A stretch of DNA of 64,000 nucleotides, from NCBI GenBank assembly GCA_030704615.1, contig CM060731.1, positions 19,406,001-19,470,000 on the forward strand, written 5' to 3'. Shown here one piece after another: positions 1 to 12,100 of this stretch (its first letter is position 1; the number at the start of each line of letters is the position of its first letter). The DNA is from Takakia lepidozioides. Its lineage: Eukaryota > Plantae > Bryophyta. The translations under genes were made by a program, and so were the position numbers. The notes under the pieces are model-generated. The model saw only the letters and a list, made by a program, of their open reading frames with translations, ran no database searches and was not told the origin of the DNA.

Positions 1-113
1 TGTACGAACTGGTACTGCCTCTATCAATATCTACAGTTCTGTTCTTCATCTTCTTTTAGTTATATGTATATGACTAAAAGATGCAGTATGATGGTTGCCA
101 ATTTGCTCTGCAG

Positions 114-1744
114 GAATCAAATTGAGTGATGCTTCCAAGAAGTTGGGCAAGAAATTCGCCAGTGGGGCATCTGTTGTGAAAGTGAGGTCACTTCCTTCAG
201 ACTGCATTCATATGGAGAGGATCTGTGGTAGGATTTTAGGGTGAAACACTCTGTCATCAATACACAGAGGGAGGAGAAAGCAGGAGGGAATGTAAGGTCA
301 AAGGGCATTGATTTTACGGAAGTCTCAATCTCATTGTGGACTTGTTGGTTAGGGCTTTGAGAAAGGCAGAATGGTCCTTAGACTTTGCTTGCCATAGTCT
401 TATAGCCATGTGAAGAGAGAGAGAATGTACTCATAAGACATTGTTTGCCGTAGCCTTGTGGCTATTGAGCCCGTACCCAGTTTGAGTGGATGCTGGTGCT
501 GGTAGTATGACTTACCTTGGAACAGAAGATTGATCCGAGTTTTCCAGATATCCTCTAGAAATCCCTTTACACAAGCATCAATCTGCCCAATAACTAGGCC
601 CCAAAAGGGCTGGGCTTTTGGCTCAGCCTTGAGATTTTCCAAGTTGGTAAACATAAGTACAAGAACAAATCCCTTGATTAAGAGAATGTTCTCATAAGAC
701 GTTGTTTGCCGTAGCCTTGTGGCCATTGACCCCTCGCTCAGTTCTTTGGTAGAGAGAGAGAGAGAGAGAGAGAGAGAGTGTACTCATGAGACGTTTACAC
801 CCTGCGCCCAGTTTGGGGGGAACAAGAGAGAGAGAGAAGAGATGTACTCGATGAACCATCCCCTGTGAATGTTGTCTGCCAAAATGCTCTTTAGGTGTCC
901 TCACAAGCTATGACTCCCTTGCCTGTGGGGTGGTCAACTGCCACAACAAGGAACTTGCCCAAATTGCCTTTGCACTTGAACAGCCACACAGTAAATGGAT
1001 TGAGTACTATTCAAAGTAGAAAGCATTATGTCAAAACTAGCAGCACAGCTCAAACCCTGCGTGGGTGCCACACATGTGACTGGGTAAAGAGAGAAAAAGG
1101 TCAATGCTGGCATGGCATTGCCTCCGTTCAGTTGCCTGGTTGGAGCTCTTGTGTCACTTCCATGTTGATGTATTGTTGCAAGAACCTTTCCATCCAGGTG
1201 ACATCTTCACTATTGTCGTCCTTTGGCAGGGTCCGACGGAGAAGGAGCAAATAGATGTTCAGGGAGACATAATGTATGATATAGTTGACTTCATCACCGA
1301 GACTTGGCTAAATGTAAATATCTTGATCTCTCCCTTTCTTTGCTGCTCCTTTGATTGTAGGTGGTAAGGTCCAATGCTTTTAGAACTACTTTTGGGAACA
1401 GAAGCTGTCACTAGAACAACAAGAAGAACAACTCGACCCTGCATCACTGTACATGTATATTTTTTTCAGCAATTAGTTAGTTTGTTCTTACCCAATTTTT
1501 TCCTCCAAATGATAATTTCTACAACTGTCTATAGGAAAAAATGGATGCAGGTATGGTTACATGTTGGTGGTGATCTATGCCATGGCTTGTACACTTACTC
1601 TACATATGTTTTGGTATGTTAAGTTTAAGGTGATTTGAGATAAAGATGTAAAAGGACTGAAATATGGATGCTTCTTCATAGCAGGTGCCAGAGTCAGCAA
1701 TTTACTTCATTGAGGATGGAAGGAAGGTACCGGCTGTTGGCTAG
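114..1744 (+). CDS. DENR: DENR/TMA22 (SUI1-domain translation reinitiation factor), last three exons (114-181, 1230-1313, 1685-1744); 5' part lies before the window
   Basis: GT-AG spliced translation GIKLSDASKKLGKKFASGASVVK/GPTEKEQIDVQGDIMYDIVDFITETWLN/VPESAIYFIEDGRKVPAVG* matches the plant DENR C-terminus. Confidence 0.9.
412..850 (-). mobile_element. Cluster of short 3'-end fragments of the (CT)n-tailed LINE family in a DENR intron
   Basis: Reverse complement of the LINE 3' end at 17330-17597 (…IDACVKGFLEDIWKTRIN…; GGCAAACAACGTCTTATGAGTACA + (CT)n), repeated 3-4 times with GA runs. Confidence 0.85.
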
Positions 1745-2078
1745 GCACTGACTGTGGTCCATGTGTTACTTTCCATCTATTGTCAAGGGCAGATGTTCTT
1801 ACTGATTACTTTTTATCAAAAGAGGAGCTAGTTTGTACTCAGTTTCTGAGGCTCGTGTAATGCATGATATAGTGATGTGTATTCCTTATCATTCCAAATC
1901 TATCTCAAACCCCCCACCCCACCCCACCCCACTTCCACACACACACCCACCCTGTTCCCCCTTGTCCGTTTCTCTTTTAGTGTTATTAGCAATCCCATGT
2001 TTGTAGGATGCAGATTGGTAGCTGTACACTTATATCTATGGATGTGTTATTGAGGCATTCAATTTTGGTCCTCAAAAC

Positions 2079-3265
2079 CTACCTGGATCTCCCGCTTTCC
2101 TGTGGTGGAGGCAACAGCATAGTTCTGGGGGGTGGGGGATGAGGACGAGCTCTTTGTTGGACCCTTAATGCAAAACCTGGGTATGGCTCATAATGGAAAA
2201 TTTGTAGAACCTGCAAACAGATATTTGTCAACTTGCTGCAAGAAACATGAATTATTTACAATCCACTGTAGCAGCCACCATCAGGCTGTATTAAGCTGAT
2301 GTGTGTTACATGCAGCAGGAGTTGAATTAGAATTAGTTTTTCAGACCACCAAAATGCCAAACGGTATGAGCAAGAGAAATGGTAAAAAGTTCCATCCGGT
2401 GTGAAAAACTCAAGGCGTTCCAATGCTTCCTACCTCAAGCAAAACAAAGAAGGGCGCCATGAACCACGCTTGCACAACATTGTCCACAATTCCTGGATGC
2501 CTCCGCTGCATATGTGCAGCATGCCCACATCAAATTTCATTCCAAATGGGCCTCCTTCCCTTGAGTGCCGTCTCTCTAGCCCTCTCCCACCTCGCTCTTT
2601 TCTCACCCCTAGCATACACCTTTGTGGCAAGCTAACACTATACCCCCAGAAAATTTGATGTTCATTATAAATTATCGGCAGATAATCACCTCAAACAGTC
2701 CATGCCCAACGTACTGTCCCAGCCAACATATCAGTTGTCCAACAAAAACCATCTGTGCACACCCCACAAGAAGACCAGGAGACAGCCATATCATCAGCAA
2801 CTCGTGCTCTCACCCTCAAAAAAAATACATTCCACAGAATCCAATAGCCCATTGTGCATTGTAGGATCCAACCCAATGATGCCCAAGGAAATTCACCTTA
2901 CATGCTGCCTCCCATGGCATCTTCTGTGCAATCATGTTGCTGCCAACCCAACAGCCCATGACAAGCATGGCAGCCAAAAACCCTGCCCTTCTGTCCAAGC
3001 ATAGATACATGAAGGCATATGTAACAGCAATCACAAAGCTATAATTAAAGATCATAAACTCGTGGTAAGGCAATCCATCCAAATCCTGCGGCGTGGGGGC
3101 CAGTGTCCGAGTATACGCTGATAGGACCAAGACTGAGAACAGGACCGGCCAGACAAACAGCACATGCACCAATATGTTCCATCTGCTGTTGTTGTATGCA
3201 CCATAGAACGCAAAATGCCTCTCTATGTTCAGTAATTTCTTCAATCTGGCCTTCAAATTTATCAT
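2079..3265 (-). CDS. DUF962/Mpo1-like membrane protein (2-hydroxy fatty acid dioxygenase family); exons 3265-2897, 2752-2690, 2505-2434, 2210-2079 (~211 aa)
   Basis: Motifs ERHFAFYGAY, NILVHVLFVWP, WLGQYVGHGLFE, MAPFFVLLE and YEPYPGF; canonical splice sites; exon total 636 nt, in frame. Confidence 0.88.
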
Positions 3266-3602
3266 CCCCCAATAAATTTTCTCTGACCCTATATCTCATT
3301 CGCCAAATCGGTCTTCGAAGGCGATTTTTGGAAGACCGTTTCAAAGATTGTTACTGCATGCTCCAGATGTGAAGGTTATGCGGCTCCCAGCAAACTTGAC
3401 TAGACAGATGTGGGTCTCGGAGCTCTGACCTTGAGACTGAGATGGTGATAGCAAACGAGCAAAACGTCACACACACAAAACATGCAGTGAGGTGACAGGG
3501 ACGACCGGTCTGGAAGTAGGGTTATGCACGATGTCTTCATCCATTACTTCGTAAATAGTACAAACATTAAATACATATTTTTCAAGGCACATTATGAGTA
3601 GA

Positions 3603-3686
3603 GTCAGCATGGCCGAGTGGTCTAAGGCGCCAGACTCAAGTTCTGGTCTTCGTAAGGGGGCGTGGGTTCGAACCCCACTGCTGACA
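3603..3686 (+). tRNA. trnL-CAA: tRNA-Leu(CAA)
   Basis: GTCAGCA/TGCTGAC acceptor stem, D-arm TGGCCGAGTGGTCTAAGGC, anticodon arm CCAGA-CT-CAA-GT-TCTGG, long variable arm, GGTTCGAACCC T-loop. Confidence 0.97.
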
Positions 3687-3808
3687 AAAGAAATTCCGAC
3701 GACTATTTTGACGGTCCTATACAAATACTTTGATTGTGTCGAGCTTTTGCGTGGATCGAAGAGCGGGCATTGAAATTACTATTGAAAGACAAAACCGGTT
3801 AGAGCTTT

Positions 3809-3889
3809 TGTTGACAGTGGGATTCGAACCCACGCCCTTTCGGACCAGAACCTTAATCTGGCGCCTTAGACCAACTCGGCCATATCAAC
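3809..3889 (-). tRNA. trnL-AAG: tRNA-Leu(AAG)
   Basis: Reverse complement GTTGATATGGCCGAGTTGGTCTAAGGCGCCAGA-TT-AAG-GT-TCTGGTCCGAAAGGGCGTGGGTTCGAATCCCACTGTCAACA. Confidence 0.97.
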
Positions 3890-4665
3890 TTCTATACATG
3901 AATAGCTAGATTTTTTTCAAATTATACCTTGAAGTGTCACAGCATTTCCAGTCTATCTTATATGACGGGGATGATTGCTGCCTACATATCAGTGATGGGA
4001 AGAGGATGCCCCGTCATTGCTTTCTTGGCGTCTACACAGTAGTTATTCGATTTTCTAGGACCCTTGTGAGCCTCAAAACGAGCCTCAAGCATATACTCCC
4101 TTCCTCTCAAGAAACGTGTTTTCACAACAAAGGGGCAATCGAAAAGAGCAGGCAATGCGCGAGAGGAGGATCGGGCGGATCTGACATAGGGGCTCTCATC
4201 CAAAGTTTGTACACCCAAATCACCCAAATCAAAGTTTGTACACTAACACCTGAATACACCGCCCTGACCTTGTGTGAGGGCGCCGCCTTTATACAAAAGC
4301 CCTAACCATGGTGGCCTGCCGCGTGGCGAGGCATCATAGGCCAAAGCCCGCGGCTCCGCCTTGTAGCCCTAGATCTGATGAAGGGCCAGGATCGAGCCAC
4401 CGGCCTACATTAACCTTAATCTAGACATCATTGTAACGGATTAACGGCTTTATATGCCAAAAAAATATACTATGGATGTGTATCGCCATTTTGGATGAAA
4501 CAGGTTATTTCCAGGCGTAAGCAAGTATGGGGCTTTACAACCCTCCCTGTAATGGCACATTCAAACCGAGGGGTAACTGAGCAGTGTCTCATCTGTCGGT
4601 CTCTTCTGTCCCAAGCAGGTGGACCAAAGAGTAGAGGAGGCATGATTATTGGTGCTGCTGTCTGT

Positions 4666-4765
4666 GGGATGTAGAGAGAATGTACTCATAAGACGTTTGC
4701 TGGAGCCTTGTGGCCATAGACCCCACGCCCAGTTTTAGTGGAACACAAAGGGATGTAGAGAGAGA
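4666..4765 (-). mobile_element. Very short 3'-end copy of the (CT)n LINE with target-site duplication
   Basis: LINE 3'-end sequence flanked by the direct repeat GGGATGTAGAGAGA. Confidence 0.8.
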
Positions 4766-5081
4766 CGCAAAGAGAGATCAGGGATATAGAGTCATCAGGA
4801 TATCAACAGCAGGATATCAACCCGGATATCAATGTATCCGGACCCGGAACTGGTTTCAACTTCCTGGAAGCTAAGCTGTTCCTTCTATGTAATGGACACT
4901 TCATGACTAACTCACTCTTTGAAAGATGGGAGATTGAGACTGAAGAACATTTTATTGTCCTCTCTCCTAGGAGATCTGGGGCAGATACTTAAATAATTTA
5001 TGCAGGGACAACCAATCCGAGGTCTTCCACTAACTAGGCATTCAGAGTCCCATGAGCCCCTCTGTGGCCTTGAAATCCTCG

Positions 5082-5400
5082 TTTTTTTTTTTTTCCTTTT
5101 AATAGGGGACAGAGGCCCTGGAAAATTTTATTTATAAGCTAAGATTGATGGAAGACAGGCAAGGAAAAAGTAACCTTGCAGGACTTAAGGATCCAAGAGA
5201 GCTTTTGGGCCGAACAGTGCCGCTGGGTAATGCTGATAATGGAGGTTTTTAACGTACAAACCAGACAGCTTTGGCTAAGTTTTGCATTAATTTCAGAGTC
5301 TTGATTGTATAGGCTTGGTTCAAGGAATTGTCTTCCTTTTCGGCTGACAAGTGCCACTCGGCATAAACGGCGCTGTTGCGCCCACCTCCAACAATTCAGG
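5082..5400 (-). mobile_element. 3' end of a poly(A)-tailed retroposon (second family); another short copy at ~60835-60885
   Basis: Shared minus-strand tail CCAGGGC(C/T)TCTGTCCC…TTAAA followed by an A-tract at both loci. The 5' extent is uncertain. Confidence 0.5.
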
Positions 5401-5704
5401 AACATCCCACTCTTCTTCCACCCTGTCCTCCTCTGGTCTCACTAATAATGTCATCACACAGGTAAGCAATATTCCACAATACCCTAGGCAGGTGCTCAGC
5501 AGCTCATCGAGGCAGCAACAGCATACAACTTCATCTCAATCTCTCCTTTGATGCAGGAGGGGGTTGGATGACAAGACATTGTCCACAAGGTGATGAACAG
5601 TTTTGCCGGCACTATCAACAGGGTTGATAGTGTCAATAACTTTTGCCGGCCTGTGTCTCAACAAACACAGATGCATAGTAAGTTGACTTGATAAACGACT
5701 TTTG

Positions 5705-6238
5705 ATAAGGGAATCTTTGTGGTGAAGGCCACAGCAGGAGACAGTCATCTTGGTGGTGCAGATGGTGAATAACTTCGTCCTAGAGTTCAAAAGAAAGACA
5801 TCAGTGGCGCAGTCATCGACTGCTCAAACCAAAATTGAAATCGATTCTTTGAATGGAGGTTCTACTCCACAATCACCAGAGCCAGATTTGAGGAGCAGTG
5901 CATGGAATTGATTCGTTGGACAGAAGATTCTGAAGGTGGTCAGTAAGCACTAAGCAAGTCCTCATATAGGATTCCTCATGGCTGCCGACTTTTACATTTC
6001 CTTCCTCCATATTGCTTCATCTACAAAAGGGTGCCTAATTGTACGGAGCCAGTGGAGAAGTGTTTGAGGGACACGAAGATGGACCAAGGTCATATCGGGG
6101 AGGCAGTGTTGGTGGGAGGCTCTACTCAAATTCTCAGGGTACAAAAGCATAGTGCAAGAATTCTTTAATGGGAAGGAGCTGTGCAACCCTGATGAGGCAG
6201 TAGCCTATAGCACAGCAGTGCAGGCTGCTATTTTGGCC
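5705..6238 (+). pseudogene. HSP70: Cytosolic HSP70 fragment, heavily deleted and frameshifted
   Basis: Remnants [66 protein letters not shown] and [24 protein letters not shown] in shifting frames. Confidence 0.88.
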
Positions 6239-6389
6239 CATGTAAGAGTCTCACACCTCAGTTTTTCAACAACAGCTGTAGGTACGCCTGCAGAAGTCAA
6301 AAGTTTGTCTGTCTCTGCTACACAATGGGCGTCAGCAGGGGCGGTAAGTATCAATGTAGATTCGGGGAAGAGGTGGCTTCTGGCTCTCA

Positions 6390-6797
6390 ACAGACAAAAA
6401 GTAGGAAGCAAAGTATATTTGGTTGTTTCTTTGGTACCATGGCAGAAAATAGTGGGGTCAAGTACACCCTAGTCACTATTGAGCCGTTTCCCTGATCACC
6501 CTAGTCACTATTGAGCGGATTTCAGGGGTCATGATGAGACCTCGAATGCTCTGTTGAAGGCACAAGGACCCTATTAGCCCTATTAGCTGTGGCTAAAAAT
6601 GCAAAGAACTTCAAAGCATCATCTGTTCACAGAGCATTTGAGGTCTCATCATGATGCCTGAGATCTCGCTTAATTTGAGGGTTGAAAATTGCTAATTACT
6701 GCCTAGGTCAGTACTTGGTCGCCTCGCCCCCGCTGTTCCCTGCCATGGTGAACCACTACATAGATTGTACAACCCTTTGCTTTCCAGTTTTTGCCTG
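6390..6797. repeat. Degenerate ~400-bp fold-back (MITE-like or hairpin locus)
   Basis: TCATGATGAGACCTCGAATGCTCTG (~6528-6552) is inverted at ~6629-6654; outer arms CCATGGCAG/CTGCCATGG and AAGCAAAG/CTTTGCTT. Confidence 0.6.
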
Positions 6798-9107
6798 GAT
6801 TAGCTATGAAATGCAATGGTGGTAATATGGGTCACATGGTGTGACACTTAAAAATCATGGAGCATCAGACATAGCTAGAGGAAGTGCAATCATATTGGAG
6901 CTCTGCAATCTTCAGCTTTTCCTTTCCTATTGAGAAGGACTGCCACAAGAAATTGAACCCGCTCGTAGTGGAAAGTAGATAACCAACTACTGAGCAATAC
7001 AAAAGAAAAAGCTCACCATGAACATATTGTTGTGGAAGCGGCACTCCCCCATCATGGTTACAAGCGTAGTACCCACTGAGTCGCGGGAGACCCTTCACCC
7101 GCTAGACCGACCAGGGGCATAGCGCGGGAGTTGCATGCTGGACCCCTGGGGCTAGCACTTGGAGGGGGCTCACAGAACTGTTCAGTAGACAATAGATAAT
7201 ATAGAGTCAGCCTTCTGGATTCATCTAGCACCAGAAGCTGTAGTGCAATGCTAATGCTTAACAGTACCTACCATCTCGGCTATTCAGTGAGATGAGCCAA
7301 GAAGTCATACATCAAAGACAGGTGAAGCAACAGAGAAAAGACACCGTAGACGGTACACGGGTTCACCTACACTTTCGCCAATCGACCGGCAGTCTCTGAC
7401 CGCAGAATGCCCCACTGCATCATAGTCGAGAGAAATCCTTGTTAGGAACTTAAGTACGTGGAGCGCTTGCTTTGTGTTGCTTTTCCCTTCTTCATTTCCA
7501 CTACGCCCCGCATTATCACAGGCACACGCATGGCATCGGGCTCCTCAGCTCTCCTGAGCTCGCAGGGAGAACCCATACCCGAGGCCAGGCTTTCTCCTCC
7601 TTGTGGTTACTCTATGGGCGGAGCCAGCAGACTAGCACACTTAAGGAAGAAAAGTATCCCCCATTTCATGAATCGAATGAAGATTAACAGCTAATATCTG
7701 TAAAGTTTAGGGAATGATGGTAGTGTGCAATGGCTTCACTGTGAAATGCGTGCAATACCTGGTTTCAATGTGGCGGCAATATGTCTTGCAACCCAGTAAC
7801 TCAATGTGTCTTGACCTCCATGGCCACATGGAATTTCCTTAATCTGTATTGACTATTGACCTGCATTGCGGTAATCTGAGGTGGTGAACATTCGCCGGGA
7901 CTGTTGTCAGTACCTAGCAGGGCAGACCCCGGTTGAGATAGAAGACAATCCAAGATCTGCTTACATCAAGCTGATTGCCATTCTGCATGAGAGCATCCAA
8001 ATCGCCATCAAAGAAGTTTCCAACTTCCCCTCATGAATCCCACCACAAACATCCCGCACATTTGGCTACATCTCAACACAATTGGGACGAAGACGATAGA
8101 GTCTCCCAAGCAGCTACGTACCTTAAGCCTAGAAAGTCTGAAACTCTAACGCATTATCGAATATGCTGTCGAAATGGATGACACAATATGGGTCCATCCA
8201 TCGATTCCTTAACCAACATAAAATGCTTTCTAGGATGATTGTCCGAATCGACGATGACCTCAGTCAAACAGATCCAAGCTTCGGATAGCCCCATCATGAA
8301 ACAGATAATCGTACCGGAGTCGGTCGACGGGTCGAATCATTCTATAGCATTTAGTTAAATCAGATGGTTTCCGTTTTCTCTAACGCGGTTTCCGTCCGTG
8401 ACTGGCAGTGAACGGTTCAAATTCGGTCCTGGAGAACCTCAACGGATAAATGCCGGTTGCCGACATCCGTCGACGCGGGGTCCCTGGGGAGCTCAGAGTC
8501 ACGGGCCAGGGAAGGGGAAGGCGGCGGGTAATTGCCGGTTGACAAAGAGGGAAAACTGCGCGAGGGTTACCGGAGAAGCCGGTGGGTGGTGTGAGGGAGA
8601 ATGGATGGGAAGCGGACGCTTTGCATTGTGCTCGGCAATGCTGCGGACCTGCTCTCCACGATCTCGGGATGCCATAGCTTTCTCTCCACCTCGGGCCTCC
8701 TCTTCCGAATCGCTATGCTTGCTGGCTTATTAGTTGGTAGGGAAGTGAAGGGATTGGTCGAGGCGTTGATCCTCCGGTTGGCTATGTGCTGTGTGTGGCT
8801 TGAAGGAAAGGGAGGCGGGGTGTGCGAAGCATCTGTTTTGCCACAGCAGTCCCCGTGGGGTATTTTCCGCTGAGGGGCGAAGAGCTCGTGGGATCGAAAG
8901 GGGATAGAAGTGTCTAAGTTGCGGTAGGTTTGTGGTGGGAGCTTTGTGGGATGTGTGAGGCGGGCGAGGGCAAGGGTTTGGGAAATCTGTGGTAGGGTGG
9001 AGTGGGAAGGGCGCCTAGAGGTCGAACTGGATATAGCACGGAGTGCGAAGGTGCGGCTGGAAAAGATAGCGTCTGATAATGCGCCCCAAGGCCAGGGCCG
9101 GGGCAGC

Positions 9108-12100
9108 ATGGGAAGCACGGAGGAACCAGAGCGCAAGCGGCGCCATCTCAACACCCATTCGGTCTCTCCCCCTTTCAAGAAGCAGCCGGTTCCATCTTCT
9201 GATGAGAAGAAGGTAACATCTTTCTGTTTGCGGAGATGAAGCTCTTCAGACTCTTAGGGTGTAGAGTGTGACATGTTCGCGGTTGACGGTGGATGGAGCT
9301 CAACTGTACTATCGTGCCGTTAGTGTTCAGGCTGGATAAACCCTTGTTTCTGGCGTAAAGCCCCTTTGGACTGGTGGACTATTTCACCTGTGCGCTCCCC
9401 TGCCTCTCTGCAACAATCAAAGATGTGTTATCCTGCTGATTGAACAAATTTCATGTTCACCTCTGCAGTGGCATTCAACGTACAATGTAGTTGGAATGAG
9501 AGTAGGGTTTTCCTTTGGGCGGCTACAGTACTGTTTTTTCTTTTTTATTTGTTTTTATTTGTTTTTTGGTTTCCAACGGTGAAATGTCTACTATGCTCGT
9601 TTGCGCAGCGTTTGCAGAATATGGCTTCTTCTTAGCTGTGAGGAGTACAGTTATCTCATACCATGACTTAGCAGGGTTCCCTGGTTTCTGAAGTTCTCTC
9701 CTGGGAACTCTAGAACCAGTCAGTGTACTCGTCTTGTTTCTATCCTGAGAAGGGTGCCAGGAAAGGGAGAATGAGGACTTTGGGGCTTATTAGTGTGAAT
9801 GCTTATTTTTTGAGTGGGGATTCAGGTGGATGCAGCGATGCTGCAGTACCAAAACCAGAAGCTGGCGCAGCAGCTGGAGGTGCAACGGGCAGAAATCAAT
9901 GCATTGGAGGGAAAATTCAATCAACTGAAGACCAAACAGGCTTCCTATGATGACACTCTGATAGCTGTCAACCGTGTGTGGAATCAGGTCTGTAAGTGTT
10001 GTCTTCCCTGGTTGGTTTGTGGTGGTTAGGGTTATCTTAGCATGGAAGCCAAAGTAACGCATGCAGTCTGTGGTTGTAGAGAATGTACTCATCAGACATT
10101 GTGGCCATAGATCACTCTGCGCTCAGTTTGGGCGGAACATCTGGTTGTAGAGCGAGAAGAGAGAGAGAAAGGGCTTAAGGTATTGATTGGATGGTGTGCT
10201 CTGTAACAGCTGGTGGACGATCTGGAGTTGCTTGCTGTGCGCACTAATGCCACTACTAATGGGATTCGAGTCCTTGAACCTACAACCTCGACTAAAGGTA
10301 AGCTCTGAAATACTATGCCCGCTTATAGGAATCTGTTGGCCCGGGGGAAACCATCCTTATGGGGGAGAGAATCTTATTTATGCCAGCTTCAGCCAGCGTC
10401 ATCTTATTCATCGGTCCTTTGCCTTTGGCTGTGCAGAATTACCCTTCCTTTGTATCAAAATACCTTTGACTCTTCTTCAATTTGTTGAGATGGCCTTGCA
10501 TACCCTGTCAGCAGCTCCCTGGCAAATGTACGGATTGACAAAGTTGTCCATCATGGCTTCGTTATCCGATTCATGTCACTTGACTAGTAGTTTAGATGCA
10601 GGGGTGAGCCCCAGCATGGTTACTTAGTAAGCTTTGATAGAGCAATCTTGAAGAACTGAGTAGTTTGACACTTGCGGAGGGCGACTTATGTGGAGTTGTG
10701 CTTCTTGCAATCTTGTCAAACTTTTAGCTCTTTCACTTATTAGTTAGTTTCAGTGAGTTGTTTGGGTTGCTCTGTTGAGCAAACCGTCCGTGGCAGATGT
10801 GGACTACAAGATATGCTAAATTCATGTGACAGGCTGTTTGAGTTTTACCTAAGGTGAACTCACAAGCTTTGCACGAAATCTACCTTGCCAGGTAAGGACC
10901 TTACAAGTTACTATCTCAGGTTTTGGTGGAGACCAGGTATACATGTATTGTACACGTGGGTTTAGAGCTAAGGGAAATGTGGGTAAACACTCTAGTTTGT
11001 GTGGTCATCTGCTTTTCTAAACATCAATTAATAACCCGGTCTGCAGAGAGGATCAGTGCTTCATTCCCTCCAGAGGAAACCTTTCTCCAACGGTTGCTGG
11101 ACAGGGGTGCTACAGAGAGTAGCACCATGAGAGAGAGCAATAATTGTTCTGTTGAGGCAGGCCTAGTCACACGGAAGGCTGCTACTATGAAAACCATGAA
11201 GTGTCTGGTACGAGCAATTGATCTGCAGCGAACAAAAAACGAGGAGCTTGCTGCCTCTCTTCGCAACGTGCTATCAGCAGATGGTCAGTTCTCTTAATAA
11301 CAACCTGCACAACGAGATCAGACAGATTTATGATGTATTTGATCTGGAACGATTTTCATCACTGTCCAGTGCATGCCATTCTAGGAATGAGGAACTTGCT
11401 CACAAGCAGCAGTGTCTTGTTACGTTGGAAAAGCTCCATAAGGGGGAAGATGGTGTGAGGAAAGAGAATAAGAGATTGAAAGAGATAGACCAGAAGGTTG
11501 ATTGAGCAAATAAAGCAACGTGTGGTGATGTACATAGAACACAAACTTGTTTGCCAGTAGAAGATATCATTTGGTTTGAGTGCTGGTTAACTCTCCTGAA
11601 CTCTTCATCCGGAAGATATGGATATAGGTCTTTTGACCAACTCGTGAAAGTGTTTGTTGGTCCAGGGTTCCCTGGGGTTCATTATTTGGTGTGGTCCTTG
11701 ACAGCGACTAGCTAGATGCCGGGTATGCAATTCTACTGTCTCTTCTCAGAAAAGAGAGAAAGGGGAGGGAGCTAAACTCATGTGAGGAATGCTGATTCCT
11801 TTGTTCTGGTTATGTATTGACAGAGGCAAGTCAAGTTTTAGGGAACACAGATGAGGAGTTACGGGTTGAGATGGGGAGGTTGCGAGCGGCCATGGATGCC
11901 CTTCACTTGAAGCACAAAGACATGTCAGTCGAGGTTGGCTCTTCTCGAGATATCCATGCCAAAGATCAGGCAGAAATCAAGAGGCTAACAGGTGGTTTTT
12001 GGTCCCTTGCTTATGTGGGAGTGTCGGGGCCATGTATGTCAATCGTCTAGCAAGTGTGGATGGAAAAACTCACTTTTGTTCACTGACGTGGTTAGAAGTG

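Noticed and set aside
8398-9107. Several 90-200 aa ORFs upstream of HUB2
   Set aside because: GC-rich promoter/5' UTR region; the ORFs overlap in multiple frames with no recognisable domains.
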